Shown piece by piece: positions 24,062-35,045 of a DNA stretch of 64,000 nucleotides (its first letter is position 1; every line of letters starts with the position of its first letter). Under the pieces are notes generated by a model, which saw only the letters and a list, made by a program, of their open reading frames with translations, was not told the DNA's origin and made no database searches. The stretch comes from an uncultured Thiomicrospira sp. GTDB taxonomy: Bacteria; Pseudomonadota; Gammaproteobacteria; CAKMZV01. A program made the position numbers and the translations under genes. The DNA is taken from assembly GCA_965195345.1 (NCBI GenBank), contig OZ239628.1, positions 1,568,001 to 1,632,000 on the forward strand, in the 5' to 3' direction.

Positions 24062-25924
24062 TTGTACAGGGTGAACCACCAAATAATCGTGCAAATGTAC
24101 AAAAATATAAGCAAAATCAGTATTACACAGATCATTATGCTCATTTGTTTTTGGACATACTCAAATTCAATACACGCACAAGCATCCACGGAAGAGAAAA
24201 TTTACTCTTTGGTAGCAACCGCATTACCTGGTGAGATACGATTGAATTGGCTGCAAGATGACCTACTGACCTATACGCTAACTTGGCAAAGTTGTACACC
24301 TAGTCAAAAAAGAAATTCAGCAGCGCAAGAATGCACTGGTCAACAGCAATCTGGTCAACAGCACAGCATTAGTTCTCCGCATTTTTTTGGTCCTTTTGCA
24401 GCGAACACTGAAGTTAAGTGGTGGCTCACTGCATACCAAGAAAATAACAGCATCCAGCACAGCAGTGGCTCTGAGTTGGTTCAACACTCTGGGTTACAAC
24501 TTCTGTCATCCTATCCAACAACCAACACAGTGGAATGGCAAAGCTATGAACCTATAACGTTAGAATTCACCCAAGTTATTTTGCTTCTCGACACCGGCAC
24601 TATCAAAATCACACCTTTAGATGTCACTAAAGCACGCTTTGACTACCCACACACCAATACTTTCATAATTAAAGCAAACAGTTCTTGGATACGCATTAAT
24701 AACAACCAGTTGCATATTGCCTCTCCTGCTTTTTATAAAACAGGCGTTCATCGAACAGGCATCAATTTACTATTTGACACAGAATATCAAATAATTCTTG
24801 ATCGTGTTGTTGAAGGAGCAGTCAATCAAGCAGCTATGCATGGATATCAACTAACCACTTTCCGTACCCCCGCATTAAAATTATTCACACCATCCACTCA
24901 AGAACCCAATTTAGAGCCCTTTAAAGTTGATGCAGATCTTGACGAAGAATCACTCAAAAGTCTTAATTTATCAAGGAAGAAGCATGGTAAATCGATTCTC
25001 CAAGAAAACAACTCTTCGTTCAGTGGCTTGGGAGTCAAAGTAGCTTTTATGGATGAAGGCATTTTACAAAACCACCCTGTCAACGATAATGTCGTATGGC
25101 GACTAAAACAGCTAAACGATCAGTTTCTACTGCCCTTAGATGCATTTTCACGAAACAACCACGGCACATTAATGGCAGGTTTCTTACTTGACTATGCGCC
25201 CGATGCCCAGCTTATTGACTTTCATGTTTTTGCAGGACCCGCACACACACACATCCCTTTACTAAACGGGTTCAATCGTAAACAGATCTCTCCCTTTGCC
25301 TACGCTCAACTTGCTAAAGAGCTGCAAGCTGATATACTCAATGTATCCCTTATTAGTAGGGATTTCCAAAATCGTCCTAAAGATTGGGCAACAGCAATCG
25401 ATAATGGGCTCATAGTAAGCAAATCTTTAGGTAATCATCGAAACCACCCTAATTTATGGGCAAGTGCTAAATGCCTCGACCCTACTAATTTATTGCCTTA
25501 TTTTTATGATTTTTCACAAGCATCTGGTGCGATTGTTACCCTTCAAGCGGTCGTTTTTGATGGTAATCAATACCTAAGTGTCCGAGCTCGAGCCGATGAT
25601 GCCGCAAGCTACACGCTTAGCGTCCTTGAGACTGGAAAAGGCGCAACTTCGCAAGCTGCTGCTACTTTTTCTGGCATCCTTGCCACTCTAATACAGGCGG
25701 CGCGATTTTATAATCGTCCATATACGCCTAAACAAATTGTAGAACTGCTTTTTGAAACAGCAGAAGACATCGGAGAAGCTGGTGTCGACCCAATATTTGG
25801 ATACGGGCTAGTCAACTTACCAGCTGCGTTAAAACGCATAGAAAATGGGCATGCTCCTCTTTTTCATCTCTATAGCGACTTGAGTATTCACCACTATATT
25901 TCTTCTTTTAAGTGCTCCAGCTAA
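24062..25924 (+). CDS. Secreted S8 (subtilisin-like) serine peptidase with N-terminal beta-sandwich domains
   Basis: Catalytic triad motifs VAFMDEG, NHGTLMAG and ATSQAA; C-terminal DIGEAGVDPIFGYGLVN; signal-like N-terminus. Start uncertain. Confidence 0.8.
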   Translation: MYRVNHQIIVQMYKNISKISITQIIMLICFWTYSNSIHAQASTEEKIYSLVATALPGEIRLNWLQDDLLTYTLTWQSCTPSQKRNSAAQECTGQQQSGQQHSISSPHFFGPFAANTEVKWWLTAYQENNSIQHSSGSELVQHSGLQLLSSYPTTNTVEWQSYEPITLEFTQVILLLDTGTIKITPLDVTKARFDYPHTNTFIIKANSSWIRINNNQLHIASPAFYKTGVHRTGINLLFDTEYQIILDRVVEGAVNQAAMHGYQLTTFRTPALKLFTPSTQEPNLEPFKVDADLDEESLKSLNLSRKKHGKSILQENNSSFSGLGVKVAFMDEGILQNHPVNDNVVWRLKQLNDQFLLPLDAFSRNNHGTLMAGFLLDYAPDAQLIDFHVFAGPAHTHIPLLNGFNRKQISPFAYAQLAKELQADILNVSLISRDFQNRPKDWATAIDNGLIVSKSLGNHRNHPNLWASAKCLDPTNLLPYFYDFSQASGAIVTLQAVVFDGNQYLSVRARADDAASYTLSVLETGKGATSQAAATFSGILATLIQAARFYNRPYTPKQIVELLFETAEDIGEAGVDPIFGYGLVNLPAALKRIENGHAPLFHLYSDLSIHHYISSFKCSS

Positions 25925-26526
25925 TTTACCAAGACCCTTGGTTTATTGCTATCGATAAGCCAGCAAATCTTTTGGCTGTTCCTGCAAAAGATCCAAATCG
26001 GACAAATGCATTAACCAGCATTCAACAATCTTTCCCAGAAGCACGCATTGTGCATCGCCTTGATGAGCCTACCTCGGGTGTTTTATTGTTTGCTTTGAAC
26101 AAACAAAGTCAAAGTGCAATACAAATGCAGTTCCGCCAACGTACCATTCATAAAATTTACGTTGCCATCGTTGCAGGAGTAGTTCACAGTGCGCGTGGAG
26201 ATATTCATTTACCTCTACGTGCCGATTGGCCTAACCGACCAAAACAGATCGTGTGCCATGCTTTGGGAAAACCTGCACATACCCATTGGTACACCCTACG
26301 CAATGACCAATGCTCAACGCGGTTAAAACTTATGCCCAGTACTGGACGAACGCATCAATTGAGACTGCATCTTGCGTCCATTGGTCATCCAATTATTGGC
26401 GACACTCTATACCAACCACATTCCAACAAAACCACCTGCCGATTGCATTTACATGCGCATGAACTTACTTTTCATCATCCTTACATCAATCATGCGATTA
26501 CTCTGAAAACCCAGCTGCCTTTTTAA
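25912..26526 (+). CDS. rluA: RluA-family pseudouridine synthase
   Basis: DKPANLL, VHRLDEPTSG, DWPNRPKQ, TGRTHQLR. Confidence 0.88.
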   Translation: MLQLIYQDPWFIAIDKPANLLAVPAKDPNRTNALTSIQQSFPEARIVHRLDEPTSGVLLFALNKQSQSAIQMQFRQRTIHKIYVAIVAGVVHSARGDIHLPLRADWPNRPKQIVCHALGKPAHTHWYTLRNDQCSTRLKLMPSTGRTHQLRLHLASIGHPIIGDTLYQPHSNKTTCRLHLHAHELTFHHPYINHAITLKTQLPF

Positions 26527-26677
26527 CTTCATAGAATCACAAACCCATCAAATCTTTACAAAGCCCGTAACCTCCTCTAAGCAGTTATCGTATAATTTGA
26601 TCAAATTTTCTGGGAAAAATCTATTGTAGATATTCAAATAGAATCTCAAGAATAAAACACCAAACTAAACCACCAAA

Positions 26678-28258
26678 TTGAATTCACTTATAACCGTACT
26701 ATTCATCCTCCGTGTAGCCTTAAAACATGGCGTAGATGAACTCTTTGTAAAAACACCAATCCTCAGGCATTTTAATCTGCTACTGTTGTTTTTTCCATGG
26801 ATCTGCTTTAAAAGAAAAACACAAAAGAAAAGAAGCCGTGGAGAGCGCGTTCGGTTGATGTTGATTGAGTTAGGAACCATATTCATCAAACTTGGACAAA
26901 CATTATCTGCAAGACGCGACTTCATCCCCGACGACATAGCAGATGAATTAAGTCAGTTGCAGGATAACTGCCCACCATTTCCTACAAACATCGCCCGTGA
27001 AATAATCGAAAAACAGCTTGGTCAACCAATTGATAAAGTGTTTAAAAACTTTGACGATCAACCTTTAGCAGCCGCTTCTATTGCTCAAGTTCATCAAGCC
27101 ACCCTACTTACTGGTGAGTCGGTTATTGTCAAAATAGTCCGCCCAGATATCGAATCACGAATTAATAAAAGTGTATGTACGATGCGTCATCTCGCCAACA
27201 TTGCTCAACGACTTATTCCTGCCGCTCAACGCATACGACCCAAAGAAATAGTTGAAGAGTTTGTATATACGCTATGGAACGAAACCAACATGACACGTGA
27301 AGGTTCAAACGCCAGCGTTATTCGGCGAAACTTTACCGGGGATGATACCGTATATACTGCAAAAATCTATTGGAAATTTACCACTGAGAAAATACTCGTA
27401 ATGGAACGAATCGATGGCATCCCAATAACAAACATAAAAGCCCTTGAAGCGGCCGGATTGGATCGAGAACAACTATCAACAAATGGAGTTCTTATTTTCT
27501 TCAAACAGGTTTTTCGTGATAATTTATTCCATGCCGACATGCACCCTGGCAATGTCTTTGTCAGTACAGATGGCAAATACAAAGCCATTGATTTTGGAAT
27601 AGTTGGATCACTCTCAGAAAGAGACAAGCGTTATCTTGCAGAAAACTTTATTGCGTTTTTCAACCAAGACTACCATCGCGTCGCTCAACTTCACATTGAC
27701 TCTGGATGGGTCAACCCTAATACGCGGTGCCAAGATTTAGAAGCCGCTATACGTTCAATTTGTGAACCTATAATGAACCTGCCACTTAGCCAAATTTCGT
27801 TTGGGAAATTTTTATTACAGCTTTTCTCCGTTGCTAGGCAGTTTGACATGGAAGTACAACCTCAATTGGTTCTATTTCAAAAAACCTTATTTAACATTGA
27901 AGGTTTAGGAAGACAACTTTATCCTGATTTAGACTTGTGGGATACAGCAAAACCTTTTCTTGAACAATGGTTGAAAAAACACTATGGCGCACGCTCTCTT
28001 GTAAAAGAATTACGTGCTCATTGGCCTGCAATACGACAAGAGTTACCGACACTCATACGCTCCCGAATTGAATCACCGAAGCCATTAAATGTTCAAAAAG
28101 AAAAAAAGAACTACCTGTTGCCTATTGGAATTCTAATAGCGGGCATTCTCAGCATCAGCCAAGATGCAGGAAACATTACTCCTCTGCTATACAACGCCCT
28201 ACCTCTGTCCAGCGGACTATTTTTATTACTCTCTATCTGGTTATTCTGGAGAAAGTAG
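26678..28258 (+). CDS. ubiB: Ubiquinone biosynthesis kinase-like protein UbiB
   Basis: IKLGQTLS, AAASIAQVH, FHADMHPGN, DFGIVG, QPQLVL.QKTL. Confidence 0.96.
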   Translation: MNSLITVLFILRVALKHGVDELFVKTPILRHFNLLLLFFPWICFKRKTQKKRSRGERVRLMLIELGTIFIKLGQTLSARRDFIPDDIADELSQLQDNCPPFPTNIAREIIEKQLGQPIDKVFKNFDDQPLAAASIAQVHQATLLTGESVIVKIVRPDIESRINKSVCTMRHLANIAQRLIPAAQRIRPKEIVEEFVYTLWNETNMTREGSNASVIRRNFTGDDTVYTAKIYWKFTTEKILVMERIDGIPITNIKALEAAGLDREQLSTNGVLIFFKQVFRDNLFHADMHPGNVFVSTDGKYKAIDFGIVGSLSERDKRYLAENFIAFFNQDYHRVAQLHIDSGWVNPNTRCQDLEAAIRSICEPIMNLPLSQISFGKFLLQLFSVARQFDMEVQPQLVLFQKTLFNIEGLGRQLYPDLDLWDTAKPFLEQWLKKHYGARSLVKELRAHWPAIRQELPTLIRSRIESPKPLNVQKEKKNYLLPIGILIAGILSISQDAGNITPLLYNALPLSSGLFLLLSIWLFWRK

Positions 28259-28259
28259 C

Positions 28260-29219
28260 ATGCCCGCTCAATCGCAACCTTCACTTCAGCACTTCCCAAC
28301 ATTCCTTTTCACTAGCTCAATGGGGGTATCCACCTTATCAATCGCTGGATTTACTCTAAACGAATACTATGGACTGCCTTTAGAAATCCCAATATTTATA
28401 CGATTTATTGCAGGCATACTATTTTTTAGCCTGCTCGTTTTACAAATTTTAAAAACCATCAAACACTTTGATACTATAAAAGAAGAAATAAGCGAACCTA
28501 CTCTAGTGTGTTCGTATTCAACTATAGCAATCACAGTGCTTTTGCAAGCCAAATCATGGAGTTTTACCACGTCTGTAGCCCATCAACCACTGTGGTGGAT
28601 TGGCAGTATTCTCATCCTATTGTCTGCCATGCGTGTTTTCACCATTTGGATTTATAACGACACCAAACTAGACAACATATCACCCTTATGGATCATTCCT
28701 ATGGTTGGCAATATGATTGTGGCTCTGCTGGCTAAACAAATAACGAATATTGAAGTTGGTTGGGCATTTTTTAGTATCGGATTGATCCTTTCAATGATGG
28801 TGTTCACTACGGTTGTATTTCGTGTGATTGCCTCAGCGACCTTGCCTGAAAAAATCATGCCGAGTCTTTTCGTATTGATCTCTCCATTAGCCGTTGGCAC
28901 AATTAGTTACATGGAACTCATTGACAAGGTCGACCCTTTTGCACGCATGCTCTTTTACCCTGCGGCGTTTCTATGGTTGTTATTGCTTAGCCAGTACAGG
29001 CGTTTTTCAAAATTACCACATACTCTTACTTCGTGGGCATACATCTTTCCATCTGCTGCTCTTTCTATCGGTGCAATCAATATTGCCTACTACTTAGATT
29101 CTGTATATCACCTATACTTTGCATACGTCGTACTATTGCCTACTAGTATTTTCTCCGTATTCCTGTTAGCATCAACCATCAACCAACTTATCAATGGTAA
29201 AGCACTATCAGCACCATGA
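28260..29219 (+). CDS. SLAC1/TehA (TDT family) anion channel
   Basis: About 10 TM helices; F..SMG, SPLWIIPMVG and WAYIFP motifs. Start placed at ATG 28260. Confidence 0.85.
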   Translation: MPAQSQPSLQHFPTFLFTSSMGVSTLSIAGFTLNEYYGLPLEIPIFIRFIAGILFFSLLVLQILKTIKHFDTIKEEISEPTLVCSYSTIAITVLLQAKSWSFTTSVAHQPLWWIGSILILLSAMRVFTIWIYNDTKLDNISPLWIIPMVGNMIVALLAKQITNIEVGWAFFSIGLILSMMVFTTVVFRVIASATLPEKIMPSLFVLISPLAVGTISYMELIDKVDPFARMLFYPAAFLWLLLLSQYRRFSKLPHTLTSWAYIFPSAALSIGAINIAYYLDSVYHLYFAYVVLLPTSIFSVFLLASTINQLINGKALSAP

Positions 29220-30589
29220 AACATGTACATATTTTAGGCATTTGCGGAACTTTTATGGCGGGCATTGCTTCCATTGCTAAGCAAGCTGGTTGGCGTGTGA
29301 GCGGTTGCGATCAAAATGTTTATCCTCCAATGTCAACTTTACTTGAAAAATTAGACATCGAAGTGATTCAAGGATTTGATTCAAATCAGATAAAATTAAG
29401 ACCTGACGTTTTTTTGATTGGCAATATCGTCTCCAGAGGCAACCCTGTAGCAGAAGCGATTTTAAGAGAAAAACTACCCTATCAAAGCGCCCCTCTTTGG
29501 CTGTATGACAATGTATTAAAAACACGTCACGTCATTGCTGTCAGTGGTACGCATGGTAAAACTTCCACGACCGCTATGCTTGCACACATTCTTGATCAAT
29601 GTCAAAATGATTGTGGCTTTTTAATTGGCGGTGTGGCTGAAAACTTTGGACTATCCGCTCGCATTGGTAGTAGCAACCACTTCGTTATTGAAGCAGATGA
29701 ATATGATACGGCTTTTTTTGATAAGAGCGCAAAGTTCCAGCACTACTATCCGAACACACTCATCATCAATAACTTAGATTTTGATCACGCTGACATCTAC
29801 CCTGACATTCATTCAATTATTCGACAGTTCCATTATTTACTGCGTAAGTTACCCGACAACGCCCTCATCTTATGCGCACACAACAATCCGAATATTGACG
29901 AGGTATTGGCTCAAGGCGTTTGGAGCAACGTAGAGCGTATCAATAGCGATTGGCTTTTTAATCAACAAAACCAACTTTTGTATAAAGGAGAGCGCTTCGA
30001 TGCCTTAGACTGGCAGCTCATTGGACAATGCAACCGATTGAACGCCTTAGCAGCAATCGCCGCAGCCAATCATATAGGCATTGAACCTAACAAAAGTTTA
30101 CACGCACTACAAAGTTTTCAGCATGTCAAACGTCGACAACAGCTTCGTGGAGAAGTTCATGGAATTAGCGTTTACGATGATTTTGCCCACCACCCGTCAG
30201 AAATTCAAGCAACCTTATCAGCATTTAAAGAAGAGCACGCAAAAAGGAATACTTATTCAGTTGGCACAACCGCATCAAAAAAACATGAAACACATGGGAA
30301 AATATGGGCTGTTTTTGAACCCGCGTCAAATTCAATGCGCCAAGGTGTGCATACCGCTCAACTTGCTTTATCCTTTAAAGATGCCGATGAAATTATTTTC
30401 TTTGATAATCAAAGATTAGAGTGGGATTTAAATGCATTAGAAATCCCAAATAAATTAGTATTTGATGACCTGTACCAAATGATTCAACATATTAAAAAAG
30501 GCGCTACTACAGGGGATTCAATCATCGGGATGAGTAACGGAAATTTTAGCAACTTCCACAATTTAATGCTTGAACAGCTTGATACTTGA
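29216..30589 (+). CDS. mpl: Murein peptide ligase Mpl
   Basis: HILGICGTFM, GTHGKTST, EADEYDTAFFDK, YDDFAHHP. Confidence 0.97.
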   Translation: MKHVHILGICGTFMAGIASIAKQAGWRVSGCDQNVYPPMSTLLEKLDIEVIQGFDSNQIKLRPDVFLIGNIVSRGNPVAEAILREKLPYQSAPLWLYDNVLKTRHVIAVSGTHGKTSTTAMLAHILDQCQNDCGFLIGGVAENFGLSARIGSSNHFVIEADEYDTAFFDKSAKFQHYYPNTLIINNLDFDHADIYPDIHSIIRQFHYLLRKLPDNALILCAHNNPNIDEVLAQGVWSNVERINSDWLFNQQNQLLYKGERFDALDWQLIGQCNRLNALAAIAAANHIGIEPNKSLHALQSFQHVKRRQQLRGEVHGISVYDDFAHHPSEIQATLSAFKEEHAKRNTYSVGTTASKKHETHGKIWAVFEPASNSMRQGVHTAQLALSFKDADEIIFFDNQRLEWDLNALEIPNKLVFDDLYQMIQHIKKGATTGDSIIGMSNGNFSNFHNLMLEQLDT

Positions 30590-30763
30590 TGCTTATGGTT
30601 TAAAACGCATCGTGAGAAACTGATCACACTGGCAAGTGGGCGCATTGATAAACGCATAAATAAGGATAAAAAATGCACTGGAATGCACACTCTCCTCCGC
30701 AACCTCTAATGCAAAAGTTGCATCAACCAATCATTTCTTCAACAGCACTTAAGAGTCGAATTT

Positions 30764-31258
30764 TTAGAATGGAATGTCGTCATCAAAATTTGATTCCGTT
30801 GAAGGAGGTTCTGATGGAGAAAATGGCTGCTGTGGCGCACTTTGCACTGCAGGTTGATTCTGATTACTCTGGTTATGGCTCTGATTAACGTTGTATTGCT
30901 GATTATTCTGTTTGTAGCCACCTCCTTGAGAGTCAAGCAACTGCATATTATCAGCCACAGTCTCGGTAGTGTAACGATCACCACCATCTTGCGCTTGCCA
31001 TTTGCGGGTTTGTAACCGCCCTTCAACATACAACTTTGATCCTTTTCGCGCATACTCACAAACAACTTCCGCTAACCGTCCAAAAAACACAACTCGATGC
31101 CACTCCGTTCGCTCTTGCGTTTCTCCAGTATTTTTGTCTTTCCAACGTTCGCTCGTTGCTATGCTAACGGATGCAATAGCGTTGCCATTGTTTGCAGTCC
31201 GTCGTTCTGGATCTGCTCCTAAATTACCTACTAAAATCACTTTATTCACACCGCGCAT
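30764..31258 (-). CDS. ssb: Single-stranded DNA-binding protein
   Basis: [21 protein letters not shown] and a C-terminal DDDIPF. An SD (AGGAGA) supports the 31258 start. Confidence 0.98.
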   Translation of the reverse strand: MRGVNKVILVGNLGADPERRTANNGNAIASVSIATSERWKDKNTGETQERTEWHRVVFFGRLAEVVCEYARKGSKLYVEGRLQTRKWQAQDGGDRYTTETVADNMQLLDSQGGGYKQNNQQYNVNQSHNQSNQNQPAVQSAPQQPFSPSEPPSTESNFDDDIPF

Positions 31259-31812
31259 GTGGTCTTCTCCTTTCCTAATAAGCCAAATAATAAAAAATGG
31301 AACAAGCACAACCTTCCATAGTACCTAACCATTTGTTTTTGCTGAAAACTTTCACTTCAAGTATTATATGATTATCCAATACAATCAATGCAATAAACGA
31401 GCGCTGAACTGTACCATATTTCAAATGAACATAAAGGGCAATTCTCTATGTAACAAGATGGGTCAAAAATGAATGCTTTGAACAAATTATAAGCGTATTC
31501 AATTCATCGAAACAGGCTAATTCACGCACCTATAACTTTAGGGAGATTTCAAAAACAAAACCACTTTGCGATTATGCATATTGAGAACAGCCTCACTAAT
31601 CCTTGTCTTACTAAGCCACTGGCGTAGCGCAAGCAAATTAACATCAAAGATTGTCCGACTGTACGATTTCACATAAATGTATAATCCCAATAGAAATCAT
31701 CAATGGCAAAAAGTACGCCTTTTGAACAAAACCAAATCGAAGAAAAAAGAAAGAAAATCTATTAGATAAACAAACCCATTTTTTTGCGAACCGTTAGCAT
31801 GGATTCTTTTGA

Positions 31813-31886
31813 TGGAGGCTGGGAACGGAATCGAACCGATGTCTATGGATTTGCAATCCACTGTATAACCACTCTACCACCCAGCC
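31813..31886 (-). tRNA. tRNA-Cys (GCA)
   Basis: GGCTGGGTGGTAGAGTGGTTATACAGTGGATTGCAAATCCATAGACATCGGTTCGATTCCGTTCCCAGCCTCCA: acceptor stem, GCA anticodon, U73 discriminator, encoded CCA. Confidence 0.96.
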
Positions 31887-32000
31887 TAAATAACAACATC
31901 CAATCTATATATTGCGCAAAACACGCCTTGACCCTTTAACGCTGTAAAAAACGCTACAGACACAAATTTAAACGCCAACATTTTACCTTATTTCCAACCC

Positions 32001-32987
32001 ATGCACCTTGAAATCGAAAAGATAATTAATGCAAATTTCAACACATCTCTGCCCTTTCCATGGAACGCAGCCGATGCTAAATCGGCTGTACATAACCACT
32101 TGATCGCTCTCAAACATGGGGACACTTATCGCTGGCAAGCAAGCGTTGAAAAAATTCGACACTCATCACCCAAAACCGCTCACTTCAACCTCAAAAATCG
32201 CCTTATACAAGTTGGTGATAACTCATGCCCAGAAACGCTTGACCTTCAAAATTATTTTATGGAACTTCGTCCATGGCGAAAAGGACCCTACGTAATTCAT
32301 GGCTGCATGATAAATTGTGAATGGCGGAGCGACTTTAAATGGCAAAGATTAAAACCTTTTGTCGATTTCAAAAACAAAACCATCCTCGACATTGGTTGCA
32401 ATAATGGCTACTATGCTTTGCGTATGATTGGTGCTGGAGCAAGCAGCGTGCTCGGCGTTGATACTAATTTATTGGCTTTCCACCAATATCAAGCAATAAC
32501 CACCTCCGTACCACAACTGCCCTTTTGGCTACTCACTTTGCCCTTTGAGCAACTACCAACAAACATAGCAGACTTTGACATCGTTTGTTCAATGGGCATA
32601 ATCTACCACCGGAAAAACCCACACGAACATCTACAAAGTATACTTCAACGTCTAAAATCAGGCAGTCAACTTGTACTCGAAACACTTACCCTACCAAATG
32701 ACTTTCCTGAGGACTCCATCCAACCAGCTCCCCACAAACGCTATGCACAGATGCGCAATGTTTGGTGGATTCCAAAAATTAGCGTCCTAATAAAGGCACT
32801 CCAACAGTCAGGGTTTGAGACAATCACTCACATTATGACAAACCAAACAACACCCTCGGAGCAGCGTCACACTTCATGGATGCGCTTTCACTCCTTACCT
32901 GAATTTCTCTCCCCAAGCAATCCGCAATGCACCATTGAGGGCTACCCATCACCTCAACGAACAATATTAACGGCACGTAAACCATGA
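32001..32987 (+). CDS. cmoB: tRNA U34 carboxymethyltransferase CmoB
   Basis: LRPWRKGP, EWRSDFKW, LDIGCNNGY, RYAQMRNVW. Confidence 0.95.
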   Translation: MHLEIEKIINANFNTSLPFPWNAADAKSAVHNHLIALKHGDTYRWQASVEKIRHSSPKTAHFNLKNRLIQVGDNSCPETLDLQNYFMELRPWRKGPYVIHGCMINCEWRSDFKWQRLKPFVDFKNKTILDIGCNNGYYALRMIGAGASSVLGVDTNLLAFHQYQAITTSVPQLPFWLLTLPFEQLPTNIADFDIVCSMGIIYHRKNPHEHLQSILQRLKSGSQLVLETLTLPNDFPEDSIQPAPHKRYAQMRNVWWIPKISVLIKALQQSGFETITHIMTNQTTPSEQRHTSWMRFHSLPEFLSPSNPQCTIEGYPSPQRTILTARKP

Positions 32988-33946
32988 ATCAACAAACTGT
33001 CCAGCACCACACCATTGAAGAATCTGATCAAGACAAAAGGCTTGACAACTACCTCATCCGTGTTTTAAAAAATGTCCCAAAATCACGCATTTATCGCATG
33101 ATACGCTCTGGCGAAGTACGCGTCAACAAAGGGCGTTGCAAGGCAGGAATGCACCTTAAAGTAGATGATTTGGTCCGTATTCCTCCATTGTTTATGGAGG
33201 AAAAAGATGCCCCTAAAATACCTCTTTCAGCAATTGAACAAATACGTAAATGTGTTTTATATGAAGACGATCATTTACTGATTATAAACAAACCTGCTGG
33301 CATTGCCGTACACGGTGGTACTGGCATTGCATTTGGACTAATTGAGACACTCTGGCAACACCCTCCATGGGGGAAAGCTGAATTAGCCCACCGATTAGAC
33401 CGCGACACCAGTGGTTGCTTGCTAATAGCAAAAAAAGCACAATGTTTAAAACTGCTGCATGTACTCTTACGACAACATTCAATAAAGAAAGACTACACGG
33501 CAGTAGTTCATGGACGTTGGCCAAAAAAACTAACAACCATCGATCTCCCATTGAAGAAATTTAGTGCCGCCAACGGTGAAAGATTTGTGCGTGTTCATCC
33601 TGAAGGAAAACCCAGTATCACACACTTTAAAGTGTTGGCTCAAAACATTTCATCAAGCCTGCTTGAAATTAACCTTGAAACTGGACGTACCCATCAAATT
33701 CGAGTGCATTGTCACCATGCTGGACATCCTATAATTGGGGATGCAAAGTACACCGATAAAACGGCTTATCAAGTGAAGGAAAAAAAACGAAAATCAAAGG
33801 ATTTAAAAGGCTTGATGTTGCATGCAGGTAGTTTGAAATTTCGTCACCCATTCACTGACAAAACAATTGAAATTGACGCACCATTACCAATCAAATTCCA
33901 ACAATTCATTAACAATAATCTTGCCTATCCCCTACAAAAAAAATAA
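32984..33946 (+). CDS. rluC: 23S rRNA pseudouridine synthase RluC
   Basis: S4 domain RLDNYL...VPKSRIYRMIRSGEVRVN, HRLDRDTSG, GRTHQIR. Confidence 0.93.
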   Translation: MNQQTVQHHTIEESDQDKRLDNYLIRVLKNVPKSRIYRMIRSGEVRVNKGRCKAGMHLKVDDLVRIPPLFMEEKDAPKIPLSAIEQIRKCVLYEDDHLLIINKPAGIAVHGGTGIAFGLIETLWQHPPWGKAELAHRLDRDTSGCLLIAKKAQCLKLLHVLLRQHSIKKDYTAVVHGRWPKKLTTIDLPLKKFSAANGERFVRVHPEGKPSITHFKVLAQNISSSLLEINLETGRTHQIRVHCHHAGHPIIGDAKYTDKTAYQVKEKKRKSKDLKGLMLHAGSLKFRHPFTDKTIEIDAPLPIKFQQFINNNLAYPLQKK

Positions 33947-34206
33947 AAAAAATTACTCCAAAAAATACAGCTTGACTCATAGCATTCACCCATTAAATCA
34001 AGATCATTCACAAATTTTGTGTTCCGCGCAGTATGCAACTATTGTGCTACAATCGTATTTAATTAAGTCATCGCTTGATAATATTTTTTCGCGTTAACAA
34101 ATCTTAACCGTGTCGTATATGTACTTCAGAATACAAACGCTTAAATAACAACTTTCATTTAGAAAAAAACGCCAAGAAAAATCACCATTACTAGATAGGA
34201 ATCACA

Positions 34207-35043
34207 ATGCACAAACTTGCATCAATCATTGAAGACGCTTGGGAAAATAGAGATAAATTAACACCCTCTAGCGTGTCTGCTGACATTAACAATGCCGTTG
34301 AAGAAGTCATCGCCAGCCTTGACTCTGGCTCTGTACGGGTTGCTACTCAACGCGGTTGCGGCGATTGGGAAGTCAATCAATGGGTAAAAAAAGCTGTATT
34401 ACTCTCTTTCAGGTTGCGCGAAAATCGTTCAATGTCATGCGGTGATGGGCTACGATTCTACGACAAAGTAGAGACAAAATTCAACAACTGGAGTGATGCA
34501 CAATTTACCGAAGCAGGCATTCGCATAGTTCCTTCGGCAATTGCTCGAAAAGGGGCATACATAGCACCCAATACAGTGCTTATGCCTTCCTATGTTAACA
34601 TTGGCGCTTACGTGGACAGTGGCACAATGGTTGATACTTGGGCTACCGTTGGATCGTGTGCACAAATTGGCAAAAATGTCCACCTTTCAGGTGGCGTAGG
34701 TATCGGCGGCGTTCTTGAACCCATTCAAGCAGCCCCTACAATTATTGAAGATAATTGTTTCATTGGCGCACGTTCTGAAGTAGTAGAAGGTGTCATTGTT
34801 GAAAAAGGATCTGTCATTTCAATGGGCGTATATATTGGACAAAGCACCCGTATCTATGATCGTGAAGCGGACACCATCAGCTACGGAAGGATTCCTGCTG
34901 GATCGGTAGTAGTTTCTGGAAATTTACCTTCTAAAGATGGAAAGTACAGCCTATACTGCGCTGTCATTGTTAAAAAAGTCGATGATAAAACTTTATCGAA
35001 AGTGGGTGTAAATGAACTCCTACGACAAGCCAATCAACTTTAG
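34207..35043 (+). CDS. dapD: Tetrahydrodipicolinate N-succinyltransferase
   Basis: [33 protein letters not shown]. Confidence 0.98.
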   Translation: MHKLASIIEDAWENRDKLTPSSVSADINNAVEEVIASLDSGSVRVATQRGCGDWEVNQWVKKAVLLSFRLRENRSMSCGDGLRFYDKVETKFNNWSDAQFTEAGIRIVPSAIARKGAYIAPNTVLMPSYVNIGAYVDSGTMVDTWATVGSCAQIGKNVHLSGGVGIGGVLEPIQAAPTIIEDNCFIGARSEVVEGVIVEKGSVISMGVYIGQSTRIYDREADTISYGRIPAGSVVVSGNLPSKDGKYSLYCAVIVKKVDDKTLSKVGVNELLRQANQL

Positions 35044-35045
35044 CA

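Noticed and set aside
31310-31812. 500-bp gap at the tRNA-Cys 3' end as an integration site
   Set aside because: No integrase and no duplicated tRNA 3' end were seen in the window.
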